Shown here piece by piece: positions 53,495 to 64,000 of a DNA stretch of 64,000 nt. The notes under the pieces are model-generated. The model was not told the origin of the DNA. It was given only the letters and a program-made list of their open reading frames with translations, and searched no databases. Made by a program: the position numbers and the translations under genes. The stretch is taken from the IMG/VR virus record IMGVR_UViG_3300029998_000015; one strand, given 5' to 3'. The number at the start of each line of letters is the position of its first letter. Positions within the stretch are counted from its first letter, which is position 1. This DNA is from an uncultured virus (IMG/VR IMGVR_UViG_3300029998_000015) (Duplodnaviria > Heunggongvirae > Uroviricota > Caudoviricetes).

Positions 53495-54931
53495 ATGAAA
53501 ACATTAAAAAATTATGATCATTTTTCTAAAGAATATAGAGAAAATGAAAGTGTAAAAATAAATGAAAATGTATTTTCTGATATTTTAAACAAGGTTGTTG
53601 GATTCTTCAAACAACATTTTGGGAAACATGCTTGGGTATATTATGCTTTGTATTTACAGAAAAAGGGAAAATTACCAAGAGGCATAGAATTTATATGTCC
53701 AACAGCGTATGCGAGTACATCAGATTTACCTTCTGATAAAGAAATTGAAGAGTCAGGAGTAGAAACAGAATTAGAAACAGTAGAAGATGAGAAAACAGAA
53801 GAAATTCCTGGACTTAAAGGATCTGATGAAACTCCTGGAAATAATGATGAAGAGGAAAAAGTAGTTAATGATGAAATTGAAGAATTGGAAAAAGTCAAAG
53901 AAAGCTTAAAAAATTTATATTTAAATGAAGGAGTTCTTGATGATAATGAAGATTTTGTTGGATTAGATCATCCAGATCCAACTGTACGTAATGAAGATGT
54001 TGCTGAATTAAAACATGAAGTAATTAAACTTTATAATATGAATTCACTTAGGGCAGGAAGACATCAAGCAGAAGGTGATAAAGGAACAGAATATGTAAGA
54101 AGAAAGACTAATGCAATATTTATTTGGGGTGCTCCTGGAATTGGTAAAACTGAAATTTTGCATCAAGTTGCGAGAGAACTAGAAATTGCGGTAATTGAAT
54201 GGCATCTATCACAAATTGAACCAACTGACTTTAGAGGTATTCCTAGAATTGAAAATGTAATGGGAACTGATGATCCAAAAGATGAAAGAACAGTTTGGAA
54301 GTTACCAACAATATTTCCTACAAGTGATGGAAAAAATGGAAAAGGTGGTATTATGTTTTTTGACGAAATGAATAGAGCACCACAAATGGTTCTTGATGCT
54401 TCATTGTCATTAGCATTAAGTGGTAAACATGGTAGTTATGAATTACCTCCACATTGGATAGTTATTGCAGCAGGTAATAGAGGTTCTGATTTGAGTTCAG
54501 GTGATTTAACAGAAGATAAAATTTTATGGAATAGATTTCAACATATCAATTTTTCTCCAAAACCTTCAGATTGGATTGGATATGCAAAAAACATAAAATC
54601 AATTAATCCTAAACTTATACAATTTATTAAAGAAAATCCAGAATATTATCACAGATTAAAAACTGTTGATCAAGCTCCTAATTGGACATCACCAAGAACT
54701 TGGGAAATGGCATCAGAAGAAGATTATTTTGAAAGAGGATTTGATTGGAAAAATAGATTATCATATGAAGAAGTAAAAGATATATATGAAGATTTTGTTG
54801 GATACGCTAGTGCAGTTGCATTTGTAAATTTTCTTAAAAAATTAGATGAAAAAGAACGTGAGGAAGAAAGAAAGAAAAATCCAGAAGGTAAATCAAAAAG
54901 AGGAGATGCTCGTGAAAACGATATGTTATAA
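53495..54931 (+). CDS. MoxR-like AAA+ ATPase 1 with acidic N-terminal extension
   Basis: WGAPGIGKT (Walker A), MFFDEMNRA (Walker B), AAGNR, NRF, SPRTWE. Confidence 0.9.
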   Translation: MKTLKNYDHFSKEYRENESVKINENVFSDILNKVVGFFKQHFGKHAWVYYALYLQKKGKLPRGIEFICPTAYASTSDLPSDKEIEESGVETELETVEDEKTEEIPGLKGSDETPGNNDEEEKVVNDEIEELEKVKESLKNLYLNEGVLDDNEDFVGLDHPDPTVRNEDVAELKHEVIKLYNMNSLRAGRHQAEGDKGTEYVRRKTNAIFIWGAPGIGKTEILHQVARELEIAVIEWHLSQIEPTDFRGIPRIENVMGTDDPKDERTVWKLPTIFPTSDGKNGKGGIMFFDEMNRAPQMVLDASLSLALSGKHGSYELPPHWIVIAAGNRGSDLSSGDLTEDKILWNRFQHINFSPKPSDWIGYAKNIKSINPKLIQFIKENPEYYHRLKTVDQAPNWTSPRTWEMASEEDYFERGFDWKNRLSYEEVKDIYEDFVGYASAVAFVNFLKKLDEKEREEERKKNPEGKSKRGDARENDML

Positions 54932-54951
54932 AAAAATAAAAATATAATAAA

Positions 54952-56487
54952 ATGATAAAGAAATACGATAGTTATTCTGAAGAATATAAATTAAATGAGA
55001 ATATATTAACAAATGCGTGGAACAAGTTAAATAGTTATTTCAAATCCAAATTTGGTAAAAATGCATGGTTGTATTATTCAAAATATTTAAAAGATAAAGG
55101 TGAAATTCCAACCTATGTAGATGAGGATGGAAAAACTAGAGATGTTGTTGAAATAATTATTCCTGACAATTATCTTAATAATTTAAAAGGTGATAAATCT
55201 CCAACAGCAGAAGAAATTGAATCTGAAATACGTTCAAGATTCAATGATAAAGGTGAAAAAATTGAAAAAGGAAATAGTGTAGATGAAGCAATGGTAACTT
55301 TGAATTATCCAAGTGGTGATGAAGAAGTGATGAGAAATGTTAATGTAGAGAAGCTTAGAGAAAGGGTTAAAAGAGTTTATAATATGAATTTACATAGAGC
55401 AGGAAAACATGAGCAAGAGAATTATGATAAAGGATCAGAATTTGCTAGAAAAAAAACTCATGCATTGTTTATTTGGGGTGCTCCTGGAATTGGTAAAACT
55501 GAGATTTTACATCAAGTTGCTAAAGATTTAGATATTGTTGTTCAAGAATGGCATTTATCACAAATTGAGCCTACTGACTTTAGAGGTGTTCCTAAAATAG
55601 AAAATGATAAAACAGTATCTAAATTACCTGCTATATTTCCTACAAGTGATGGAAATGGAAAAGGTGGTATAATGTTTTTTGATGAAATGAATAGAGCACC
55701 ACAAATGGTTCTTAGTGCATCATTGGCATTGGCATTGAGTGGTAGTCATGGTGATTATGATTTACCTCCAAGGTGGATTATTATTGCAGCAGGTAATAGA
55801 AAAGATGATATCGATACTACTGATTTGACTGATGATCCAATTTTATGGAATCGTTTTGCTCATGTTAATTATTCTCCATCTGTTGATGATTGGGTTAAAT
55901 ATGCATTATCAAGAAAAGATATAAATCCGTTTCTTATTTCATATTTACAATATCATCCTAATTACTTTCATAGATTGGATAAGGAATCTAAAAGTCCAGG
56001 TTGGGCATCTCCAAGAACATGGGAAATGGCATCACAAGATGAATTTAATGAAAGAAGTGAAGATTGGGCTAATAAATTATCATATCCAGAAATTCAAAAT
56101 ATTTATACTAAATATGTAGGATTAGAAGCAGCTATGGATTTTGTTAATTATATGAAATTACAGGAATTCTTCAGTGAAAAAGATATTCAAGATATATATG
56201 ATGGTAATGAAAGATCTAAAAATGTTAAATGGCCAACTAGACAAGATCAAATTAGAGCTTGCTCTATTGCAATTGCCACATTTAAACAAGGTAAACATAT
56301 TTCAAAAGAAGAAGTTAAAAATGTATATGAATTTGCTACAAGAGGAAAAGAAAATGAAGCAATTGTTGCAATAGCATCTTATTTTGTAAAAGCTCATCCA
56401 TATATTAAAACTGAATATCAAGACGTGTGGTTAGATTTTGCTAAAAGATGGCATGTAGTACTACAAAAAACTATGGCAGGAGAATAA
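54952..56487 (+). CDS. MoxR-like AAA+ ATPase 2
   Basis: Same motifs; extra C-terminal helical domain. Confidence 0.9.
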   Translation: MIKKYDSYSEEYKLNENILTNAWNKLNSYFKSKFGKNAWLYYSKYLKDKGEIPTYVDEDGKTRDVVEIIIPDNYLNNLKGDKSPTAEEIESEIRSRFNDKGEKIEKGNSVDEAMVTLNYPSGDEEVMRNVNVEKLRERVKRVYNMNLHRAGKHEQENYDKGSEFARKKTHALFIWGAPGIGKTEILHQVAKDLDIVVQEWHLSQIEPTDFRGVPKIENDKTVSKLPAIFPTSDGNGKGGIMFFDEMNRAPQMVLSASLALALSGSHGDYDLPPRWIIIAAGNRKDDIDTTDLTDDPILWNRFAHVNYSPSVDDWVKYALSRKDINPFLISYLQYHPNYFHRLDKESKSPGWASPRTWEMASQDEFNERSEDWANKLSYPEIQNIYTKYVGLEAAMDFVNYMKLQEFFSEKDIQDIYDGNERSKNVKWPTRQDQIRACSIAIATFKQGKHISKEEVKNVYEFATRGKENEAIVAIASYFVKAHPYIKTEYQDVWLDFAKRWHVVLQKTMAGE

Positions 56488-56508
56488 TTAAAAAAATAAA
56501 ATTTTAAA

Positions 56509-58017
56509 ATGATAAAAAAATTCAATGCATTTAATTTTTTGAGTATAAATGAAGATTTTACTGATCCAAAATTAAATAAATTAGCTAAAGGTAAAGTCAG
56601 AGCAGCATTAACATCTGTGATGGCTTACTATAATTTCTTTGCAGATTTGTTTTTTCAATTGAATATTGCGGAAGCTGCACCTGGAAGTGGAATAGACACT
56701 ATGGCAACTGATGGTAAAAATATTTTATATAATACGAATTTTGTTAATAATGTATTAAAAAATACTGAAGAAGTAGCATTTGTGTTGATACACGAAGTTA
56801 TGCACAATGCGAATCTTCACTTTATAAGACAAGGGGATAGAAATCATGATTTGTGGAATCAAGCTGCTGATTATGCTATTAATCTTCAAATATCTGATAT
56901 GAGTAAAGAAACACCAGATAATGCAACCAGTAAGCCTGATATATTGAGAGTACCATCTAATATTTTATTGGATGAAAAATATCGTGATATGAGTGCTGAA
57001 CAAATTTATGTAGTTCTTGAAAAAGAAGAAAATGCAAAACCAAAAAAACCAGGAAAACCTGGACAGGGACAACCTGGACAGGGACAGCCTGGACAAGGAC
57101 AGCCTGGACAAGGACAGCCTGGACAAGGACAACCTGGACAAGGACAACCTGGACAAGGACAGCCTGGACAAGGACAACCAGACAATTCAGTTCCAGGAGT
57201 AGGAGATTTAAGAGCGCCAGGTAGTTTAGATGACAAAAAAGGTGCAACGTTATTTGAAGGTAGTGATGAACTTTCAGATATTAAAGATCCAGGGGATTTG
57301 GCTAAAAAGTGGGGACAAATATTAAATAATGCAAAAAGTAATAATCAAGGAACTGGATCACAATCATTAAATAGATGGTTTAATAAAATTGGAAAACCAA
57401 AAGTTAATTGGAGATCAGCATTGGTTAAATTTATGAATAAATGTTTTTCAAGTAATCCTAAATATGGTTATTTTAATAAAAGATTTATTGGACAAGATGA
57501 CCCATTGTATTTACCAGGATTAAAATATCCTAAAGATAGTGGATTTAGAACTGTCGTATTATGTATTGATACATCAGGTTCTATTGGTGATGAGACACTT
57601 GGTAGATTTGCAACTGAAATTTATGGTATTTTCGGTACAAAGAAAATAGAAGAAGCTATAATTATTTGGTGTGATGACGCAGTGGCAGGAATTGAAAGGA
57701 TTAATCTTAAAACAAAGAGTGGTGATTCAATGAATGAAAGTAAATTTAAAGAAATTCTTGGTAAACACTTTAAAGCAAAAGGTGGTGGTGGTACAAGTTT
57801 TATCCCACCGTTTCAATGGATAGAGAAAAATTTAATATCTAAAGGAACTGTTCCATCATTTGTTATATATTTTACTGATGCTATGGGTACTGCTCCAGAC
57901 AAATTTAAATTTAGTATTCCTAAGTATTTTGATAAAATATTATGGGTGATTACTGATACTCAAGAAGCACCACATATAAAATGGCCTCCTGATAATAAAT
58001 TATTTATTGATAAATAA
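56509..58017 (+). CDS. DUF2201-type metallopeptidase-vWA protein
   Basis: TMATDG, HEVMH (HExxH), WNQAADYAIN; vWA DTSGS MIDAS, GGGGTSF, YFTD. Confidence 0.9.
   Translation: MIKKFNAFNFLSINEDFTDPKLNKLAKGKVRAALTSVMAYYNFFADLFFQLNIAEAAPGSGIDTMATDGKNILYNTNFVNNVLKNTEEVAFVLIHEVMHNANLHFIRQGDRNHDLWNQAADYAINLQISDMSKETPDNATSKPDILRVPSNILLDEKYRDMSAEQIYVVLEKEENAKPKKPGKPGQGQPGQGQPGQGQPGQGQPGQGQPGQGQPGQGQPGQGQPDNSVPGVGDLRAPGSLDDKKGATLFEGSDELSDIKDPGDLAKKWGQILNNAKSNNQGTGSQSLNRWFNKIGKPKVNWRSALVKFMNKCFSSNPKYGYFNKRFIGQDDPLYLPGLKYPKDSGFRTVVLCIDTSGSIGDETLGRFATEIYGIFGTKKIEEAIIIWCDDAVAGIERINLKTKSGDSMNESKFKEILGKHFKAKGGGGTSFIPPFQWIEKNLISKGTVPSFVIYFTDAMGTAPDKFKFSIPKYFDKILWVITDTQEAPHIKWPPDNKLFIDK
57058..57177 (+). repeat. 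15-bp tandem repeat x8 encoding PGQGQ
   Basis: cctggaca(a/g)ggaca(a/g) units read directly. Confidence 0.95.
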
Positions 58018-58047
58018 AAAAAAATCCTGAGAAATCAGGATTTTTTT
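58016..58047. terminator. Bidirectional terminator
   Basis: A-tract-tcctga-gaaa-tcagga-T-tract between convergent genes. Confidence 0.85.
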
Positions 58048-58576
58048 ATATGTTAAATTTAGATGAATTGTCTTTAATTTCTTTATCAGTAATATATTTA
58101 TTATATTCATTTGGTAATTCATATTGTATCATTTTATATAATTCCTTTCTAAATTTATCTGATATTCTATCATTATCATCTATTACATCAAATATATTTT
58201 CATTTCTACCATATTCATAAAATAAATTTGCTCCTGATTTTATGCATATTCTTGATGATTCTAATAAATTTAGTTTATCTGTTTTTTTATTATACCAATT
58301 TATACTATTATATAAAAATGATGTTATTATATCAACAGTTAGTCCAAATTCAATGAATAAATTTAATATATTTATATTTATGTTTTCTATCTTATTTATA
58401 AGATTCATTACTATTGGTTCTCTTCCTTGCTTTGTGTTTGGATCGAATTCTTTAATAAATAATTTTTTTATCTTATCTGAATCATTATTGTTAATATATT
58501 CTAGCATTAAAAATAATTGATCATCATCATCTAAAAACATCTCTATGTATGTTTCATATTGTTTTAAATATTTCAT
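58046..58576 (-). CDS. Degenerate ankyrin-like protein with N-leader and KFNI C-tag
   Basis: MKYLKQYE; FDPN, FIEFG, IKSGAN; NSSKFNI. Confidence 0.6.
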   Translation of the reverse strand: MKYLKQYETYIEMFLDDDDQLFLMLEYINNNDSDKIKKLFIKEFDPNTKQGREPIVMNLINKIENININILNLFIEFGLTVDIITSFLYNSINWYNKKTDKLNLLESSRICIKSGANLFYEYGRNENIFDVIDDNDRISDKFRKELYKMIQYELPNEYNKYITDKEIKDNSSKFNI

Positions 58577-58642
58577 ATGATTATATATAATTTTATATTT
58601 ATGAAAATTATATATAGTTATAATAAAAATTTAAAATTTAAA

Positions 58643-59227
58643 ATGAAATATTTAAGATTATTTGAAAGATTGGTAAAAGAACCACCATTTATATCATCAG
58701 CAAGAAAAGGAAGTACTAATGCAGTAAAACAAGCATTAAAAGATGGTGAAGATGTTAATATGAAAGATTCAGATGAAAAAACAGCATTGATGCACGCTGT
58801 AAAATTTCCATTTGTTGTTGATGCATTGATTGAAGGTAAAGCAGATGTTAATGAGAAAGATAGAAATGGTATTACTGCATTGATGATGGCTTCTACCCCA
58901 ACAGTTATAAATAAATTATTAAATGCTAAAGCAGATGTAAATATGCAAGATATAAATGGTGAAACTGCAATAATGAGATATTTGTCTTGCTTTTATGATT
59001 CTGGTACATTTATTTCAATATTAGAAAAATTTTTAAAATCTGGATTAAATCTTGATATTAAGAATAATGAAGGTGAGAATTTTTATGATTTAATGATGGG
59101 ATTTAAGGAATATAATAGTCATAAACAAGATTATATAAATGATATTGAAATATACATAAACAATAAATTTCCAAAATATAAAAAAGATTTTGATTTAAAA
59201 ACTGATATAAATAAATTCAATGTTTAA
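58643..59227 (+). CDS. Ankyrin-repeat protein with N-leader and KFNV C-tag
   Basis: DVNxxDxxGxTALM repeats; likely start MKYLRLFE at 58643; DINKFNV. Confidence 0.88.
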   Translation: MKYLRLFERLVKEPPFISSARKGSTNAVKQALKDGEDVNMKDSDEKTALMHAVKFPFVVDALIEGKADVNEKDRNGITALMMASTPTVINKLLNAKADVNMQDINGETAIMRYLSCFYDSGTFISILEKFLKSGLNLDIKNNEGENFYDLMMGFKEYNSHKQDYINDIEIYINNKFPKYKKDFDLKTDINKFNV

Positions 59228-59259
59228 TTATTAAATAAAGCCTGTAAAAAATACAGGTT

Positions 59260-59505
59260 TTATTCGTTTATAATAATCATATTAGTTTGAGAAATAGGTA
59301 ATCTAGCAACAGGAACAACTGAATATCTACCACTTGTTGCAGTGTTTATTTCCTTTTTTTGCATAAATTCATAATAACCTTCTCTTACAGAAACTGTACT
59401 AATATCAATAAAAGAATATTCTGATATTATAAGTTCTTTATCAATTGATAATCCGTTATATAAAGTTGTTGTTTTTTCCGATGTATTGAATATTAATGTT
59501 TGCAT
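59260..59505 (-). CDS. Hypothetical protein
   Basis: 81 aa; GYYE...PVARLP. Confidence 0.6.
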   Translation of the reverse strand: MQTLIFNTSEKTTTLYNGLSIDKELIISEYSFIDISTVSVREGYYEFMQKKEINTATSGRYSVVPVARLPISQTNMIIINE

Positions 59506-59585
59506 TTTTTATTTTTTATATAAAAATAAAAAATAAAAGTTTTGTAATTATTTTTTTTTATATATATTGAAAATTCATCATATAA

Positions 59586-59927
59586 ATGAAATATATTAAA
59601 AAATTTGAAATTAACATTGAAGATTCAATAAAAAAAATTCATGAAGATATGGCTAGAAAGATATTAGATTATAAAAAATATTATGATAAGTATGTTATAT
59701 TTGAATATCAGAAGGATTTTTATCTTGCTAAATTTATTTTAATTGATGTGTTTGATCGTGTTGTTCTTGAAATTTATGAATATGATTTCACTAATTTTAT
59801 TTTTAGCACAAAAAGGACTGATATATTAACAATTAATGAAATTAATGTGGTATCATCATATGATAGATTAGAAAATGCTAAAAATTCGTATGTATTATTA
59901 TTAGACACAAAAAAATTCAATGTATGA
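59586..59927 (+). CDS. Dual-tagged hypothetical protein
   Basis: MKYIKKFE...DTKKFNV. Confidence 0.7.
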   Translation: MKYIKKFEINIEDSIKKIHEDMARKILDYKKYYDKYVIFEYQKDFYLAKFILIDVFDRVVLEIYEYDFTNFIFSTKRTDILTINEINVVSSYDRLENAKNSYVLLLDTKKFNV

Positions 59928-60259
59928 TAACTATATTTGAAAAATATAATACACCAGATTTAAGAAGAGTTGATGATATTTTGATGTGCATAAAAAATTA
60001 TAAAGGTAAAGTTATAAATTTTGAAAAAGACAAAAGTTATAAAGTTTGCGGTTTTTATGGTAGTCCACAAGATGCAATAGAAAAATATAATATTTTAGAT
60101 TATTTACCAATTGAATGCATTGATAAAGTCGTTATGTTTGATGATAAAAAAAATAAAATAGAGTTTAATGTGAATAGTTATTATAATCACTTACCAGATT
60201 TTTTAGATTATTTTTATGTTCCAGAATTTACAAATGATACACACAAATATAATATATAA
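59924..60259 (+). CDS. Dual-tagged SH3-like protein
   Basis: MITIFE...DDILMCIK...FEKDKSYKV...DTHKYNI. Confidence 0.7.
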   Translation: MITIFEKYNTPDLRRVDDILMCIKNYKGKVINFEKDKSYKVCGFYGSPQDAIEKYNILDYLPIECIDKVVMFDDKKNKIEFNVNSYYNHLPDFLDYFYVPEFTNDTHKYNI

Positions 60260-60262
60260 TTA

Positions 60263-61081
60263 ATGAGAAAAATATTTGAATTTAAAGTTTTTGATATACT
60301 ACAAGACAAAGAAAATGTTAAGTTTTTAGATAAAGTAAAAAAAGAAAATTTTGAATTATATACAAAATTTTTAAATTTAATTGGTAATAAAGGACTTGAT
60401 GTAGCTAAGCAAAAATATGAAGAATTTGATCCTGAATACAAAAAAAGGATGAATGAAATAGAGAAAGAAATAAATAAAAATCTTAAAAAAATAGATAATA
60501 AGAAATATAAAGAAAAAGAGAATGAAAGAATATTAAATGAATATAAATCTGAAATTGAAGAAATTGAAGAAATTATTTATTCATCTGAATTATATAATGT
60601 TGATTCTTATATTTATAATGATAAAAATATATCAAAATACTTTAATGATTCTAATATAAAAACTAAGAATTCTAATGATTTTGATAAGTTGTTAAAATCT
60701 CCAAGTAATTTAGGCTATGAATTATGGGAATTTTTTCACACTGATACTATATTATATGAACTAAATAAAATAAATATTTATAATAAAAATACTTGGATAT
60801 TGAAAATTCATCAGTATTACAATTTAAGTACAAAAGAATTAAAATATTCAATACATTTTGATACTGATATAATTGATGAGTATTATACACCAAATATAGA
60901 TAAATCTAAAAATCCAAAATTTATAAATTATAGAAATTCAAATATCAATAAACTAAGTAAATACACTAGAATTGATATTGATATGGTTTATGAAACACTA
61001 GGTAAATATTCAAATATGCTAAGTGATAAATATTATAATGATTGGAAAGTTATAAATGATACTAGCAAATATAATATATAA
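60263..61081 (+). CDS. Dual-tagged hypothetical protein
   Basis: MRKIFE...DTSKYNI. Confidence 0.7.
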   Translation: MRKIFEFKVFDILQDKENVKFLDKVKKENFELYTKFLNLIGNKGLDVAKQKYEEFDPEYKKRMNEIEKEINKNLKKIDNKKYKEKENERILNEYKSEIEEIEEIIYSSELYNVDSYIYNDKNISKYFNDSNIKTKNSNDFDKLLKSPSNLGYELWEFFHTDTILYELNKINIYNKNTWILKIHQYYNLSTKELKYSIHFDTDIIDEYYTPNIDKSKNPKFINYRNSNINKLSKYTRIDIDMVYETLGKYSNMLSDKYYNDWKVINDTSKYNI

Positions 61082-61184
61082 AGAGATTTAAGAGACTTAA
61101 CAATTAAAATGACTAACTCATTATGAATTATAATTAAATTGAATGGTCATCATTAAAAATAGTAAATAAAATAAAGAAAAGAGT

Positions 61185-62342
61185 ATGATAACAAAGTTTG
61201 AAAAATTTAAATTATTTGAAAGCTCAGATAGTGCAAAATATGATTTGATTCATGATTTTTTAGATGATAGCTATATATATGATTATTATGATGAACATTA
61301 TTTGAGTGATTATGATCAAAGTGATGTCGTAGATATAATAGAATCTAATCCAAATATAATATCAGGTGTTTTTGATAATGATAAATATATAAAAAGTATT
61401 ATTAGAGATAGTATGAATAATCAAAATATTGGAGATTTCGATGCATATGAATATAAAGAATATATTAATAATCATTTAACAAGAGAAAAAGAAAACAAAA
61501 TAATTGAGTTATATTATGATAATAATGATGATGAAAATATGATTATTAAAACAGAATATGATGGTATAGTATCGATTTCAGACGAAGACGGAGTAAAAAC
61601 GGTTATGATTACTGAAGATGATACTACTGAGGAATATGAAATTCCTGATAATTTTAATATAGTAGTTGAAGAAGGTGATGAAATTAATTATAATACTATT
61701 ATTGCAAGAAATGATGATATTGAATATGATTCTGATATGATAGATGACTTAGATTCTGATCAATTAAAAGATATAATAACAGATGAAAATGAAGAAGGTG
61801 AGTTTTTAGAAGAAACTATTACAAAAAGATATGAGGATAAAACTTTCATAGAAATAATGGAAGAAGAGAAAAGTGTAGATTCTTATGAAGAATTAATTGA
61901 TAATATGACTCCTAAAAAATTTTATGAATATTATAGCTCTTTTATTGATATTGATAAACTTGTAAAAAATTATAAAAAATATGAAGATTCTGATAGTAAA
62001 TATGATTGGGTGGAGTCTAAAATTCCAGATAGTATAGAAATTCAACATTATCTGATGGACAATTCTAAGGATTCAAATAATCTTACTTTGCTGCTATTTG
62101 AAATATTTGAAGATAAAGGTGATCACTCAGATGATATATCAGATGAGTATGAATTTCAAAAAAGATATATAGAAGAATATATAAAGGAAAATGGATATGA
62201 TGATAGTACAGAAGATGAAAAAGGAGATTTGATAGCTGAAGCTTTAAAAGATTTGAACTCCAATTTTGTATTAGATTCTCAAATAAAAACAGAATTTAAT
62301 AAATATATGTTTATTGTAGATTCTGATAAATTTAATATGTAA
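61185..62342 (+). CDS. Dual-tagged highly acidic protein with RpoC-like sandwich-barrel hybrid insert
   Basis: MITKFEKFKLFE...IIKTEYDGIV...EYEIP...VVEEGDEI...DSDKFNM. Confidence 0.65.
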   Translation: MITKFEKFKLFESSDSAKYDLIHDFLDDSYIYDYYDEHYLSDYDQSDVVDIIESNPNIISGVFDNDKYIKSIIRDSMNNQNIGDFDAYEYKEYINNHLTREKENKIIELYYDNNDDENMIIKTEYDGIVSISDEDGVKTVMITEDDTTEEYEIPDNFNIVVEEGDEINYNTIIARNDDIEYDSDMIDDLDSDQLKDIITDENEEGEFLEETITKRYEDKTFIEIMEEEKSVDSYEELIDNMTPKKFYEYYSSFIDIDKLVKNYKKYEDSDSKYDWVESKIPDSIEIQHYLMDNSKDSNNLTLLLFEIFEDKGDHSDDISDEYEFQKRYIEEYIKENGYDDSTEDEKGDLIAEALKDLNSNFVLDSQIKTEFNKYMFIVDSDKFNM

Positions 62343-62344
62343 AT

Positions 62345-62923
62345 ATGATAACAAATTTTAATATTTTTGAAAAAATTGATTATTATGATAATAATGGTAA
62401 CCTTATATATTCGAATAATAATGGTGATGTTATTAGATCTAATAAACCGAATGTTAATAATTATAGTGATGAATTTTGGAAATTTATAACTGTCGCTAAT
62501 TGGAATAAAATAATTAAAACTAAGGATGAATTTGAAAATAAAGATAAAGAAGAAGAATTAAAATTGAAAATAAGAGTATTCAAAAATTTTGAATACGATA
62601 CCATTATAAATTTTAGAAAGGAATATGATAAGTTAACAGAAGAACTTTATTTATATTTTAAACCTACTTGGTTAGATAATAAATATTCAACCTTTATGCC
62701 ATCAGATGACGGATATTTTGACTTAATAAGTTCTGTTATAGGAAAAGGAGAATTTTTTATTAAGAGATGTATAAATAATCACAAACTATTTGCTGATATG
62801 GCTAAAAATAATGAATATGTAGAAAACTTTGGATATATTTTTCAAACCACTTGGAAAGAATATGATGAAATTAATACTAAATATTATCCTTTATATAGAG
62901 ATTCTAAAAAATTTAATTTATAA
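62345..62923 (+). CDS. Dual-tagged protein (DUF4240-like)
   Basis: MITNFNIFE; DEFWKFI...SDDGYFDL..SVIGKG...ENFGY; DSKKFNL. Confidence 0.6.
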   Translation: MITNFNIFEKIDYYDNNGNLIYSNNNGDVIRSNKPNVNNYSDEFWKFITVANWNKIIKTKDEFENKDKEEELKLKIRVFKNFEYDTIINFRKEYDKLTEELYLYFKPTWLDNKYSTFMPSDDGYFDLISSVIGKGEFFIKRCINNHKLFADMAKNNEYVENFGYIFQTTWKEYDEINTKYYPLYRDSKKFNL

Positions 62924-62954
62924 AAAAAGAGTAGATTTTAATCTACTCTTTTTT
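62922..62954. terminator. Bidirectional terminator, near-identical to 8665-8696
   Basis: aaaaagagtagatt-tt-aatctactcttttt. Confidence 0.85.
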
Positions 62955-62955
62955 A

Positions 62956-64000
<1,045 letters not shown>

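Noticed and set aside
56957..57247. CPGCP, LSRLS and DKDSL repeat ORFs (metallothionein-looking)
   Set aside because: Alternative-frame and antisense read-outs of the PGQGQ repeat inside the vWA gene

Overview
Very AT-rich, gene-dense segment that looks like part of a large (jumbo-type) tailed-phage genome infecting a Bacteroidota host. About 13 TAnnTTTG (-7) promoters and A-rich, SD-less leaders point to that host. The left ~13 kb (+) holds tail/receptor-binding genes: a repetitive beta-helix protein, a triplicated cassette whose small members end in EYQFN, and a T4 gp9/gp10-like fibre. The middle ~39 kb (mostly -) holds >100 small, tightly coupled early-type ORFs plus radical SAM, HD, YqeY, NADAR, nucleotidyltransferase, MazG-like, ATP-grasp, Nudix, GNAT and thioredoxin genes, an outer-membrane barrel and a ~300-nt candidate structured RNA. 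The right ~12 kb holds two MoxR-like AAA+ ATPases, a DUF2201/vWA metallopeptidase, ankyrin proteins, a GT25 glycosyltransferase and the 3' end of a second fibre. The most unusual signal is an apparent terminal peptide-tag code. About 49 otherwise unrelated early ORFs end in R-K-x-K-[LI]-x-x-[LI]. About 16 ORFs behind TATATA-type upstream motifs start with a short leader resembling the T4 capsid-targeting sequence, and 10 of these also end in [DNQ]-x-x-K-[FY]-N-[ILVM]-COOH. All functional calls come from motif recognition by eye; no searches were run.
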